Of a stretch of 64,000 bases of DNA, positions 1-14,086 are shown piece by piece. The notes beneath the pieces are model-generated. The model was not told the DNA's origin, did no database searches, and saw only the letters and a program-made list of their open reading frames with translations. Position 1 is the stretch's first letter. The number at the start of each line of letters is the position of its first letter. This stretch comes from Octopus sinensis (Eukaryota): assembly GCF_006345805.1 (NCBI RefSeq), contig NC_043006.1:86738001-86802000 (forward strand), given 5' to 3'. The translations under genes were made by a program, and so were the position numbers.

Positions 1-1096
1 AAGGGGTTGCTGAACAACAAGCTGAAAACTACTGGTATATGATTACAGGCGAGTTCCCCACACCCGACCCTTTTTTAATTGAAGTGAATATGTTAACATT
101 ATTGATCTGCATCATCCTAAAGGGTATTACTTATTTGATTTGCTAGCTAGCAAATAATGAATAGTAGAACTGCTGTTTTTCAATTTCAGCCATAAATTGG
201 CATAAGAGATAAGTTGTTTTGATAAAGGTCAAAAAGAAATAAAAAGGTCAATTCATAAATAGGGTGAAAATGGGTTGATGAAAGCAACTGAGAGAAAAGC
301 TGGTGAGAAAGTGGCAATTATTAGAAAGGACAGGAACTCAATCAAATAAAAGGAGGATTGGATCTGCTAAGGAGCTCTGGAGAGAAGATATAAAGGCTGG
401 CAGAAATAACCAATTAGCTAAATGAGAGAGAGAGAGAGTAAGAGGTAGGAGAGAATACTTTTATATATAGAGGGAATGACAGATAGAGAGAGAGAGGTAA
501 ACGTTTATGCATGCATGCATGCATGCGTGCACACACATACACACACACATACATATAATGAGAGAGAAGGGGAAAAAGAGAGAAAGGGTGGGGAGCCTTT
601 AGATCATTTAAACTATAATTTTCACTGTGAAAGTTACTCAAAAATTGCTTCTAAAAAAATAGAGCATCTATAATATACATTTTAGATACATGTGTATAGT
701 TGTATTGCAACTACAAACATTTTATGAAGCTTTTGAAGATAACATTGAAACAAAAAGGAATTATAGTAATTTTTCTATTAATTGTTTATGAAAGGATGGC
801 TGGCATCCGTGATCTTTGGTGGCCATTTCTGATGTTTGAGCATAATATTGCTATTGTTGTCTAGTTTGAACTTTTATAAGTTGATGCCATTAGAAATAGA
901 AGCAGTCAGATTGAGGAGTTCCATAGCATTAAAACTGTGTGAAGTCCTCAAATTGTCAAAGATTAAGGGTTAGAACCTATAGCAAGTTGGAGGGATTTAG
1001 TTCTGCATGGTATATGTTTTAACATACAAAGGAAGAAAAAAGAGAAAGAACAAAAGACTTTAAAATCAATAAAAGGGTTAAGACACAAAGCAAGAT

Positions 1097-1129
<33 letters not shown>

Positions 1130-2437
1130 GATACACACACACATATGTATAAACTATAGCCTGTCCATCCATCATATCATCTTTTCTTTCACTCATATCT
1201 CGAAGCATGAAAATATGATTGTAGTGAAACATTCTTGTTTTGAAAATAAATGACCTATTATTTCAGGAAAGAGAGACTGCAATTCATATCTTAACATTAA
1301 AATGTGAGACAATTTTCTTTTGGATAGAATGTTATTCAACTGAAGAAAAATATTTCCCACCCTTCTGCTGCAAATAAATAAATAAAAAAAATAAATATGG
1401 AACAAATTCCTAGCAACAAGCCTTTACTGGAGCATATTGAACCACTGCTTTTATAATGTAATTCCCATTGCAAATATGTGTTCCTGTGGAATTGAAGACT
1501 AATTTGTCATGCCTCCTATTGAAGAATATCCTTGAGGTTTTCTGCTTCTGTAAATGGTACAGATCTGGTATAAGGTATCAGGATGATGACATCTGTGTGT
1601 GGAAAATGGCTAAGGAGATATGAAAAGGGCAGCCATCTGTACAGGAGTGACCACATGGTTAGAAATAACAGCAAGTATGTTTTTAATAGTGCAGCAATAA
1701 TTGTTTCCCCCCCCCTTTTTTTTTGGTGGTGAGGATAGAATAGGAATATATTATTTTATGTTTCCTGCTATGTATTGTGATGGAAAGTTGTAATTTGGAG
1801 GTGATTTAGTTGCCATTTCTTGCATGCTGAGCAACTACATAGTGCTTGTAAGCATTATGTTTCTCAGTTAAGGTGAGAGTAACAGGGCAGCATTGTGTAG
1901 GTTCCCCTTTTCATAAGTGGGACAACTGCAAGATAATAACTATCTAGATGATTGAATATTTGAAGTATAGCTCTGTGTGACTGCTTTTAATGCAGTCACA
2001 GAGCTACACTTCAATGGTCACTCATCTAAATAGTCATTATCTTGTAGTTGTCGCATCAGAACTATAGCATCAATAGTTCTATATCAATAAATAATGTCCA
2101 ATAAATGTATCCTATATCAAATGGATCCATTAGATCAGTTTGTTGACAATACAGGCTGCAGTTACACTTTACTTTCACTTGATCAGCAATTTCAAATGAG
2201 ATTCCTCTAGCATTGGTTATGGGAGAAGTCATAGATAGCTGTGTGGTTAAGAGGTTTGTTATGCAACTAGGTTATTTGGATTCAAGCCCATAGTATAATG
2301 CCTTAGATGCTTTTTACCAGAGACTCAGCTGAACATAACCTCATAACAGAATGTTAGTATAAGCTGTGTGGAAGTCTACTTGAAGTTTTACTACTGTTCT
2401 TCGGTAGACTTATACTTTGGCAGGCATCTGTGACTTA

Positions 2438-2652
2438 CATAGGGATGCTGAAATGTTTTTGGCTTTAAGGATGTCATGAAAGGCCTGATTGGAAGCCGAA
2501 ATTTCCAAGTTCGTTTACAGGGCTTAGAGAAACCGAAGGTCTGCTGCAATAGGTGTGTGAATCTGAGAGGGGAATATGTTGAATAAAATCATAATTTACT
2601 GATCCTCCTGTGTTTTCTTTTACCCAAAGCCAGGAATTTTTCATCCCCCTTC
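2438..2652. mobile_element. Tc1/mariner-like MITE
   Basis: Imperfect terminal inverted repeats catagggatgctgaaatgtttttggcttt / aaagccaggaatttttcatcccccttc; left TA flank; no coding capacity. Confidence 0.55.
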
Positions 2653-2658
2653 CACACA

Positions 2659-2698
2659 TGCATACATACATACATACATACATACATACATACATACA

Positions 2699-2728
<30 letters not shown>
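2659..2728 (+). repeat. (CATA)n microsatellite
   Basis: Direct reading. Many other (TA)n, (CA)n and (GA)n tracts occur, e.g. 40800-40960, 54816-54885, 53665-53702. Confidence 0.95.
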
Positions 2729-2731
<3 letters not shown>

Positions 2732-3133
2732 TAGTTCAAAACAATGAGAATGTAGTAGCTTTGAGCTTCACAAGTAAGTTTGGATTAAAATACATAGAAA
2801 GATATATTTCAGTGAAATGTACCTGAACTGTGCCAGACTGACAAAAGAACAGTAAAACAATGGTGATGGTCACATATAGTTTGATAAGTGATATAGGTTA
2901 AAAATGCAGTAAGTCATGTGATTTGTTTTGTTTATGTTGCAATCTCCATTCTATAGAGATAGCATCAAATAGAATATAATTTCAATTGTTTGGACAGCAC
3001 AAATTGAATGGTGCATTTTGGACACAGACACATCAAGTGGAAATGATACAGCTTTGTTTAAAAGTGTACACATAATTATATGTACAGATTATTTCTTTAA
3101 TTGTTTCTAAATATATGTGTATGTATACACACA

Positions 3134-3181
<48 letters not shown>

Positions 3182-4582
3182 TACATACATAAACACAAAC
3201 ATATATAGATAAATACATACAGATGTGTATAATTTTATAAATATATATATACAGATACATGTACATGTATGTGTGTATAATATTATATACACACGCACAT
3301 ACATACACATGTGCATGTGTGTGTAATTTAATATCTATTAAATTTTATATATAGATTATAAATCTCTGTGTGTGTGTTTGCGAGAAAGAGAGGCTCACAC
3401 ACACATGCACACACACACACATGTACACACTAATGCATGCACACATACTCACAGAAAGGGAAAAAAGAGAACAAGAAATATCAGAATGTATTGAATTCTT
3501 TCAAGCATTCCATTCTGGAATATTTCAACTAGATTATAGGTTTCACTGTAGTAATGGCCAGCAGTGTTAAAAGAAATTTTATATTCAAGATTATAGAGAA
3601 TTAACAAGACTGTCTTGTTTTCGTTGAATCATTTACAAGGAAACATCTATAATTATTGGAAACTCTGAAATTTCATTGAAGACAAACTTTTAAAAAATCT
3701 ATTCCTAAATTGCTGATGTGATAGAATTTTTCAATGGAAGAGTGTAGCTTGATAAAGAAGGCAGGGCCAGTAGGTAGAGAAAATCATATGTATTCCTGTA
3801 TGTGTATGTATGATTTATATGGTGAGAAAGAAGCAGAGAGGTTGGATTGCACTTGGAGTGACAGCAGAATACAAACAGGTGAAATAAACTAAAATAAAGA
3901 ATATATATATAAGCAATATGCAGAATATAACACAGAAGTCAGCAATGAAGTGTCTACATTACCTCCCTATTATTTCCACTACAGGAAAGGAATATAAATT
4001 ACGGTAGAGAAGAAATAAGGGTTATAGTGGTGGTATTAATAACATTGGAAGAGAAGAGAAAGAAAAAAGAATGAAAGAAAGACGTTAAAATCAATAAATG
4101 GGCTAAAATGTGAAATGAACAAACTCAGGGGAGAAAACACACACTTTTATATATATATATATATATAAACTATAGCCAATCTACCCATCACTTCATCTTT
4201 TCTTTTACTCATGTCTAGAAACAGAAGTATGATGATGGTGAAATGTTCTTGTTTTGATAATAAATGTTCTATTATTTCAGGAAAAACAGACACTATTACA
4301 CATTTTAGCATGAAGGAGGTGAGAGACAAGTTCTCTTTGATAGTGTGTTAATCAACAAGAGAAACATATCTCCTTCCCGACCACTACAAAAAGGAAAAAA
4401 GACAAAAACAGAACTAAGTCCCTGCAATATATTTCTGAAGATGTATACTGAATCGAGAAATATAATGAAAATTCCTGTAGCAAATATAAATATTCTGTAA
4501 GGTGGAACTCCAGTACCTTGTAAATGGGATCATTTAGTATAAACACAATATCTTATACTTCCTATAATGTAGATTTATTTCA

Positions 4583-4933
4583 TTTTTACTTGTTTCAGTC
4601 ATTGGACTGTAACCATGCTTTAGTACAGCCTCAAAAGGTTTAGTCAAACCAATCACCCCAGGACTCGTTTTTAAGCCTGGTACTTATTCTATCAGTTAAG
4701 TTACAGGGATGTAAACAAACCAGCAATGGGTGACAAACACCTATACAAAGATACATGAGTATAGACATTTATGTATACAAGGGTTTTGTCAGTTTCCTTC
4801 AACCAAATCAACTCACAATTTTTTGTTGGCCCAGGACTACAGTAGAGGATACATGCCAAAGGCACCATGCAGTGGAACTGAAACCAGAACCATGTGGGTT
4901 AGAAGCAAGCCTCTTACCACACAGCCATGCCTA
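4583..4933 (-). mobile_element. SINE family 1, minus strand
   Basis: Reverse complement of the family-1 body; lies head-to-head with the plus copy at ~5173-5495. Confidence 0.75.
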
Positions 4934-5172
4934 ATCTAATACATAGGTACAATATAATAACTGATATTTTATATCTATGAACATTAAATTGGTATTTCAA
5001 ATCTATTTACATTAAATAATTATAATTAATGATGTTTAGAAAAGTAAACAAAAAAATTAGATTAAAATCGAATATCTGTTATCACATTTCCAGCTTGTCC
5101 AACGTTAAATTATTTAGAACATTGACCAAACATTGAGATACACAGTATCTTAGCAGTTGATTTGAACACAAT

Positions 5173-5495
5173 GGTGCAGACATGGTTATATGATAAGAAG
5201 TTTGCTTCATAACCATATGGTTCTGGCTCCCACCGCATGGCATTTTAGGTGTCTTCTACTACAGCCTTGACCAACAAAAACCTTGTGAGTGGATTCGGAA
5301 GATGGAAACTGGAAGAAGCCCATCATATGTGTTTGTGTACTTATACCCCACCACTGCTTGACAGCTGGTGTTGGTATGTTCTTGTAACTAAGTGGTTCAG
5401 GAAAAGAGACTAATGAAATAAGTACCAGGCTTACCAACAAATTTAAGTACTGAGGTCGATTAGTTCAAATGACTGAAACAAGTGAAAAATAAAGG
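5173..5495 (+). mobile_element. SINE family 1, degenerate
   Basis: Colinear with other family-1 copies; ends aaatgactgaaacaagtgaaaa. Confidence 0.7.
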
Positions 5496-7474
5496 ATAAC
5501 CTGCTTGCAGTAAAACAAATTCAGCTATTGTGGAGGTATTTCATGTATAATATAGAGGAATTTAAAAGCAACTAAAAACAGTTAGAGAGCTTATGGCACA
5601 ACCTGTGGGAAAGTGGTCAAGTGTCCATCATTGACAAGACCAAGGAAGATTCAAATCTTGTGATGTGGTGGTCTTGGTGCTGGAGGTGGAAGGAATTTTT
5701 CTCCATGCTAGCGATATAAACAAGAGTGTATTTTCACCAAAGCCAATATGAGAGTTTCTCTCATGGCATCAATCACAGTATAGTTTGTTCTAACAGAACA
5801 TTCATGTTTAAGTGGGGATAAATATTTCATTTCAGTATTAATACTGCTCCTGTCACTTATGTAGATTTTAAAATAGATATTTCTTGAGCTTTGAGGAGGT
5901 TCATTTGATTGAAGCAGTTTCCCACTTCAAACACAATGCTCAGCCTTTGGAAGATAGTTTCGCAATGTGTCACCAAACTAAATTAAAGATTATTATTAAA
6001 GCATTATATTTCGTTTTTGGATTTGGTTTACAAGATTCTTTATTTGAGTTCATGTGTTGAAGCATATTCTGTTGTGTCTGGGGAGAGTCATTTTCTTTTT
6101 GTGCCTTATAATGTAACACACTCACCGGTAAAATTTCCACTTATTTCTTATTTTTATTTTCCTAAAATTTTTGTTGTGTCTTGCAACCTTTTCAATAGTC
6201 TTGACTATTATTTTACAGCTATACACTGTAAGAATCAAATCATTATTTTACAGCTATACGCCCTTCCCAAAACTGGATATGGATTACCAACTGGAAGGGC
6301 ATCTTTCATAAACTAATACATCAATAACAGTCATCCAACCAATCTTAGCATGGAAAAACTTATGTAAAATTAACAAATGAAAGAGCAAATTGTTGTCATA
6401 TGCCTAGTATTTATAGCAATTTGTGAATTTTTAGCTGTAAGTTTTTCATGAGTACAGAGGTATGGTATTGCAAGACTGGTTTCTTTATATCAATTGTGAC
6501 TGTGCTTTGGTGATGTTGATGAAAAACTAGTTTATGTTCTCATTGAAGTATCATTCTAAGGTCTAAGTTTATAGAAGCAGTGTAGGCTAGGCATGAAGTT
6601 TTTAGTTTCAGTGAAAGCCTAGGCAGTATGATGGGCAAACTACCAGCAGAAAAAAGTATGTGAGTGTGCACACTCATTTGTGTGTGCCTTTGTGTGTATG
6701 TATGTGTGTATTGTTAGAAGTAAATAACAACTAACCCATTAGTGTTCAGAAGGGCAGTGAAAACATGGCTGAAGTTAGTGTTTATTATTGCTGATTTGAA
6801 TTAGAGTGGGCATGCTGCTATAGAACAGTCTGACAAGAGATGTTTGTTCAAAGAAACAAGATATGGACTGACTTCACAGACAGGCAATTTAATTTAAGAT
6901 GTTATTATGCCAGTCATAAGCAAGGGGTTTCGTCAATGACAAAGATGATGCTGCTGCTTTCAGCAAAGTTTCAAAGATATAAATGTGTGTAATGTATGTA
7001 TGCAGAAGTAGACCTTGCTCTATGGTAGAGGGAGCTACTGAGAAGGAAAAAATGACGGAAGTTAATACAGAAGGTAGTCGTTTGTGACAGTCTTTATCAG
7101 TTTTATAGCACTGGAAGAGGGGGTGATAAAACAGTATAGTAGGACCAGGACAGTTGTTATGAGACCCATTTTTACATGTTTCACAAATCTGGAGCAGATT
7201 CCTGTGAAGAAGAACCTATTGAAGATGTAGCAATTTGCCTACAAATATTTTAGTGAACATGAACCTGCTTAAATATGACTGTGCAAACAACTGTTTCATT
7301 CAACATTATAATGTGTACCTCTAGTCAGATATTTCCAGCACATCAGCAATGTACTGTTTACTGTTCTTCATATATATATATATATCACCATGATCACAGT
7401 GACCAACCAAGCTATCAGATGTTGCCAGACATCACTGGTCACAAAGCGCTTGGCATTGTTTTAGCTGTCAAATG

Positions 7475-7697
7475 ATGCCACCCCAATGGCTAAGCGAGCA
7501 GGCCAACAGAAGAAAGAGTGAGAGAAAGTTGTGGAGAAAGAGTACAGCAGGGATTGCCACCCACCCCACTGCTGGAGCCTCGTGGAGCTTTTAGGCATTT
7601 TCACTCAATAAACACTCACAACGCCTGGTCTGGGAATCGAAACTGCGATCCTACTCCCGCAAGTCCGCTGCCCTAACCATTGGACCATTGCACCTCC
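7475..7697 (-). mobile_element. tRNA-derived SINE family 3
   Basis: Minus strand ggaggtgcaatggtccaatggttagggcagcggac...gtttcgattcccagacc (A/B boxes); related to 16393-16687. Confidence 0.75.
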
Positions 7698-8357
7698 ACT
7701 CATATATATATATATATGTATGAAGAACCATCCTTACAGGGCTGTGAAGGAATGATTTGGTATTCATTACAGCCAAAGAATAACAATGCAAAACCACATA
7801 TATTCCACAATATTCTGACAGCATTCATAGTCCAATGATGTGCTTTTATACATGCTATGATGAGAATTTTCACCTGAGACTAGTCTGCAGTAAAAGGTCT
7901 TCCCTCATCTGAGTGTGCACAAATATGTGCTAAATATGATCGTAAAATATAGTATGGGTCGGGGGAATTACGGGAGGGAAATGGGCTCATATAAAAAAGA
8001 GAGAGGGAAATTGTCCAATTTGCAAAGATAGTTATTATAGAATGAATGCAACCAATAAAATTACTTATTTTCATCAAATTTTTATATATTAGATTTTGCC
8101 GACATATCATTATTTCTCGAATAATATTTTATCTCTCTATTTTTTATTTATTTTTTATTTTTTTTATTATTATTTTTGTTCTTTTCTTTTCTTTTTTATG
8201 CTTGTTTCTTAATATAAGCTCCAGTTATAATCAAAAACTTCCTCTCATCCTCACTACCATCAACTCATTCACTCATCTAACCATGTGATTGTGTGTATTA
8301 AATATGAAATGCACACATGCACACACACACAAACATGCATAACTGAAAGTATATACT

Positions 8358-8393
<36 letters not shown>

Positions 8394-9205
8394 AACGCAC
8401 CCACATTTTAGTACATCATAGATTTCCTGGAAATTATAAACTCATATATATAGACATGCAGGGATGTATGTATACATGTATGAGTGTGTGTATGTTGCAG
8501 ATAAAGATGGTAGTACTTGTGTTGGTGGTATAGGGGGGTAACTTGTGTTATTGGTATAGCAGGGGGTGGGGGCTGTAATAGCACTTTTTGTGGTGGTCAT
8601 AGTAGTGTTACATAGTAACAATTTACTTGGTGGTAATAGGAGAACAAACATTATAGAGGATGGGTTGTCAAACCACTAACATCCATTTCCATTCAGGGGA
8701 ATGTAAGATTGAGTTCATTTCCAGAACATTTATTCCAATTTGAAATTTTAGTTCTATAAAAAATAACAATATCTTTGAATTGCTGTACTAATTTTGTTCA
8801 TTAGCTTTTTGCTTTTGTGATATATTTGTTTTCTTAATAATATTTTGTCTCCTATATTTATTCCTTATGCAGTTCTACATCATTTATATTATTATTATTA
8901 TTGATTTTGTTTTTGTTTTTGTTGCTGCTATTATCATTGTTATTTTTATTATTCTTAACATCATCATTACCAATCATTGCTGCTGTTATATATTCTTCAT
9001 GCATTTTATCTCGTATATTTGTTTGCATGATTTTATTCACCATATTTTATACATCCTATTTATTTGGTGTAAAAACAACAACAGCAGTAGCAGAAAATAT
9101 TATTATTAATATAAAGGAAAATGTAGACTGCACTTCTGAGTTTTCAATGTAGAAGGTAAGTTTCTTGGGGTTTACTGCCTTATATATGATACATACATAC
9201 ATACA

Positions 9206-9245
<40 letters not shown>

Positions 9246-10032
9246 CACACATTCACATATATACATACACACACACACATATACAGGAAAATATAGGGAG
9301 AGAGAAAGAGAGAGAGAGAGAGTAAACTAAACTAATCTTTCTTTTTTTCATTCTGGAACAAAATTGGAGTTTTGAAATAAATATAATTTCTAAAGACACA
9401 AGGCAATTTGAAATATTGCTATTGATGATGACAGCAATGATGACGGTTAAACAATTGCAAATAAAATCAACAGTATTATTTATTTGGTTGCCACAATGTG
9501 TTTTGCTTCATCATTTTATTTTTTTATATTGAAGATACATACTTGTTCAAGGATGCTGAAATCTAAGGTCATTTACAAAACCTCATGGTAGATAAAATTT
9601 ATGGTTTTCTGTTTTTACAAATGATCATAGATGATATAGATTATAGGCTGGGTCTCTCTCCTTTGGATTATTAATAAAGACTTCTTTCCCCACATCTTTC
9701 AGTAGTGCTCTCTTGGATTTGAAAATTTAATAAAAATCCTAATCTTGGAAATGTTTTCTGCTTATTGGACTCCATTTATCTTACATCTCTTGGATTATAG
9801 TTGCAGTTATTGTGTTCTGTCTGTGAACAAGATACATAACTCTGAGATACATAAGTCTGCCTGGATAACATCGGAAGGTTCCACTGTCAATGGTTAGAAG
9901 TAGAAAGGATGCTATCTGTTGGGAATATTAATTATTCCATAGATTGCAGTGAGCAATCTATGGTATAAGTGGGAGTAACATTGGTGACTGCCTGGGCACA
10001 AATTTCAAAAGAAAAACTGAAATAGTAGTATA

Positions 10033-10439
10033 GGCGCAGGAGTAGCTTTGTGGTAAGTAGCATTCTTACCAACCACATAGTTCTGGGTTTATTCCCACTG
10101 TGTGGCACCTTGGGCAAGTGTCTTCTACTATAGCTTCGGGCCAACCAAAGCCTTGTGAGTAGATTTGATAGACAGAAACTGAAAGAAGCCCATCGTGTAT
10201 ATGTATATATATGTGTGTGTTTGTGTGTCTGTGTTTGTCTCCCCTCCCCCCAACATCGCTTGAAAACCGATTCTGGTGTGTCTACGTCCCTGTAACTTAA
10301 CAGTTCGGCAAAAGGGACTGATAGAATAAGTACTAGGCTTACAAAGAATAAGTCTTAGGGTCGATTTGCCCGACTAAAGGCAGTGCTCCAGCATGGCCAC
10401 AGTCAAATGACTGAAACAAGTAAAAGAGTAAAAAAGAGT
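10033..10439 (+). mobile_element. tRNA-derived SINE family 1
   Basis: Head ggcgcaggagtagctttgtggtaag with A/B-box-like motifs, internal (TA/TG)n, tail ...aaatgactgaaacaagtaaaagagta; near-identical body at 46784-47222. Confidence 0.85.
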
Positions 10440-12823
10440 AGTAATAATAAATAAAAAATAGCATGTATTTCCCATGAATCTTGCCTTGCCCAGACACTGG
10501 CAACCCATGCTGTTTCACTGGCAGTGAGTGCTTTTGTGAAAGATTTTATGATAATCAGTTGAGTGCTCTTTCTTTGAATATGATCTAGGATTTCTATGTG
10601 TGTAGAAGTATTGTTTCAGAAGTTGGACAGCAGTTCATTGGGAGCTTCACCATAGCTTTTGTAGTAGGTTAACAGTTGTTGGGAGCCCGAAGTATTTTCT
10701 GGTTAGAACTGAATGATTTCCTACATTTAAAAAGAAATCCCAATGTTTGGGATGTAGTCTTGTCAATCAAAATAATGTGTTGTCTTCATAGTAAGGCATC
10801 AGATATTGTAAGGCAAAACATTAGTAAAGTGAGTGAAGGAGTTAGCTATGAATTTTTTGAAATTGTTTTTGCCAGCTTTCTTGATATGTATATTGAAGTG
10901 GTTCAAAGCAGCAGAATGGCATTATTATATTGTTGGATGTTATTGAGTTCTTGGTTCACAAAATTCATACATGTCTGATAAGAGACATTTCAGTTGCATG
11001 TGTGGAAAGAAGGAGACTTGAAGGTTAGGGAGAGGTGGGCTGCAATGTCATTTGTATAAGAATGCTTCATTAAATATAACAGCCAGTTGGTTGTCAGTCT
11101 ACAGAAGAAGCGCAAAATTAGATATATAATCAATCCCAGGTACAACAACTTAATTAACAGTATGTACATAAAAGTATGATCTACCAATATACAACAGTGT
11201 TATCTAACTAAAACTTATAATCTAAGAGATAAAAGGATTATCAAAGGTTGATATGCAGACAAGTTTCTCAGGCATTTGTTTGATCAATCACAACTGAAAG
11301 CAGTTGCTAGACCTATCACAGCTGAAGGTAATTGTTAAGCTAATTATAGCTGAAGGCAGTTATTAGACCAAACCCAGCTGAAGAATTTTATTGAAATTTT
11401 AAAATTCACTAGATCCCATGTAGTGGATGTAGGAAAAGAATATATTTATTAATAGCAAATCCAAGAGAGAGACTGAAGATGATAAGCATTTGTGAAAACA
11501 ACCATAGACTGGTCTACTAAGAAATTTGGTAGATGACTTTGAATATTTTAGCAGCTCTGAATTACATGAAAACCAGTCTTTATATGACATCATCATCAAA
11601 CAAACAGATGCTTTCTGATTGATTCGGTAATGCATTTCAGCTGTTTGCTACACGTCAGTCAAAGTCTAGATATAATCAAAGCTATTCAATGTTTCAGTCT
11701 TTGAGTAAAACAGCATTAACTTATGTAAAGCAGTAGCTTTAAATATTTAATCAAGAAATAAATATATAGTAAAAACAAAAAATTATATTGGCCATGATTA
11801 TTATTGTTGTCTATTTTCATTTCTCTTCCAAGTTCCCTGCAGTGGACCAGCATTTGGTATAGAGAAGGGAGTTGTAAACTCAGTCACTTTTATGCAATGG
11901 AAACCTAGGTATCATGACAGACTTAAGTCTAAGTCTTGCTAAGTTCTGGAGATTAACTAGATATGTTTTGGTATTATTCTGACCTCATCAGCAAATTCCA
12001 ACCATCCCATACTTGCTGATGTCATGGCTTTTTGTATGCAGAAAGAAAATTGAATTGTTTAAAGATAAAATAATTCAGAAATGTTTCTTGTGTAAGAAAC
12101 TACATTTCACTTAATATTAACATATTTAATAAAAGTAACACCTACTTTACAATCTTAAACTAATCTTTCAGTCGTATGGGTGCCTCCAAGGATTCTGAAT
12201 ATTTCCATTTTCTTCTGATTACATTACAAAAGAAGTTTAAAGGAAAAAATGACATTTGTTTAATATATCTCCAGCTAGTGCATAGTATGTTCTCCAGTTT
12301 CATATCAGCAACCACTAGCAGCAGTCTTGCTTTGTGTCACTGTGGTTTGCACCTGAGGGACTTGTCATTATTGATTTCACTACTGTCTGCTATTTACTTT
12401 TTCTTTTACTTTATTTTTTTTCCTACAGTTATCGGAACATTTCAAAATATTTCTCATCTCATACTATTTTCTTTTTTATTATACCACACTTTTGAAGTAG
12501 AGAGCTGGCAGGATCATTATCACACTGGGAAAAGTGCTTAGAAGCATTTCCTCTTGCTTTATGCTCTGAGTTCAAATTCCATCAAGGCTAACTTTGCATT
12601 TCATCATTTTAGGGTTGATAAAATAAGTAACTGGGGTTGATGCAATTAACTAGGCCCCACTTATCTAAATTTTGGGGCATTTTGCCTTCAGTAGAAAGAA
12701 TTATGTCATTGTGTTGCACTTTCATTTCCATGATTTATATTTGAAACACAAAGGCATTATTTTCACTGCCATAATAAAATAAATATATACAAATTATAAA
12801 AATAAAAAAAAAAATATACAGTA

Positions 12824-12905
12824 CAGTACTCTTTCTACTTTGCAAATTTTCACCTATCACGGGTGGTTTCGGAACATAACACCTGCAGTAGTTGAGGAAT
12901 TACTG
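12824..12905. mobile_element. Tiny pogo/Tigger-like MITE
   Basis: TA|cagtactc...gaggaattactg|TA termini; degenerate. Confidence 0.4.
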
Positions 12906-14003
12906 TACACATTAAGATCTACTGCAATGGCCTCAAACTATTCTTCTGTGGAGTATGCCCTAGCTGGGAGAGATCGATCCATACCAAAAAACTTGACTTA
13001 GTATTGAACAACACTTGCTGTCTCATCAGTGGATGCATGAAATCCACCAATACAAACACAAACAACTAGCATCTCCGTGATGATGAAGATGATGAAGATG
13101 ATGACAATGACGATGATAACAGTTATGTTGATCTGCCAATAGCATTTACCTCTCACTTTTAAAGTCAAATTAATCACATATAGAAATGCACAGTTAATTA
13201 ATGTAAGCAGTTAATTGTACAGCTGGAGGAGTATTTTCCTACTAAGCTTAGACTATTTTCTTGGGGTTCTTGTGTAAGCAATGAGAAACTACTTAAGTTA
13301 TAGAAAACAATAGCCTCAAAACTCATAAAATATTCCTTGTCCAGAACTTTTTCTAGTCTCATCATTTTATATAAACGACTTCAGAGCTCTATATGTTTAG
13401 TAAGTGACTATCTGAAACACTGTACTGAAACAGATAATAGACTGCAGAAAAATATTTTTAGCCATTTTAAAACATACAGAAACTTATATTTTACTAAACG
13501 TTAAGTTTTTAAAAATACTCTTTATTATAAAGTGCTTAAAATGATTTGTTACCCTACTATAGCATGGTCACTGATGCAATTACACTGCATAGTTTAGTGT
13601 CTAGTGACCAAATTATGCAAGGACAACAGAAATTCTCCACACTTCTATACTGTTGACTGTATTATATAACAGTTTTTCTGAGTTCTTACATGGTTGAAAT
13701 GGCTCTTCTATGGTGTAATTTCAGTATAAAAGATGTAAATCATGGCATTTTAATACCACTTCCACTTTATGTTACATAAAAGATTAAAGATAAAAAAATT
13801 ATGAAATTGTTATTTTATTAATGATTAAAAATTATGATTTTATTACATATATTTATATTATTATTTTACTATGTATTTTATTTTAAATTTAAAACATTGC
13901 TTGGGTTACAGGAAAATTCTAATTCCCAAAACTCTAGCTTTGTTATCTCCAATTTCATCTGGTAAAAAGTCAATAGATTGATATAAAATGATAAGCTACT
14001 TAC

Positions 14004-14086
14004 TTGATGTCATATTTAACCATACTGTTTCTGAGGAATTTGGTTTCATCGATGTTACGTAAGTTAATGGAATGTACCATTTATAA
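14004..14086 (-). CDS. Internal exon of M1 aminopeptidase, phase 2-1 (YxWxIPLTY motif)
   Basis: Acceptor tctatttccag|T, donor A|gtaagt; 83 nt = (N)YKWYIPLTYVTSMKPNSSETVWLNMTS. The phase joins the previous exon (AA|T = Asn). Confidence 0.88.

Noticed and set aside
2474-2719. ORF containing WLWVKENTGGSVNYD, resembling the expected next aminopeptidase exon (WxKxN...RVNYD)
   Set aside because: Lies within a mariner-like MITE, has no acceptor site and lacks the GxYRV motif; coincidental.
6124-6171. Minus-strand AG...GTGAGT pair as a possible small exon
   Set aside because: Poor polypyrimidine tract and a stop codon in the required phase.
414-9280. Numerous short ORFs rich in CV/YI/TH repeats
   Set aside because: Translations of (CA)n, (TA)n and (CATA)n microsatellites; the same applies to similar ORFs across the window.
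11330-11640. Possible mariner/Tc1 relic
   Set aside because: Only faint motif similarity and no TIRs found.
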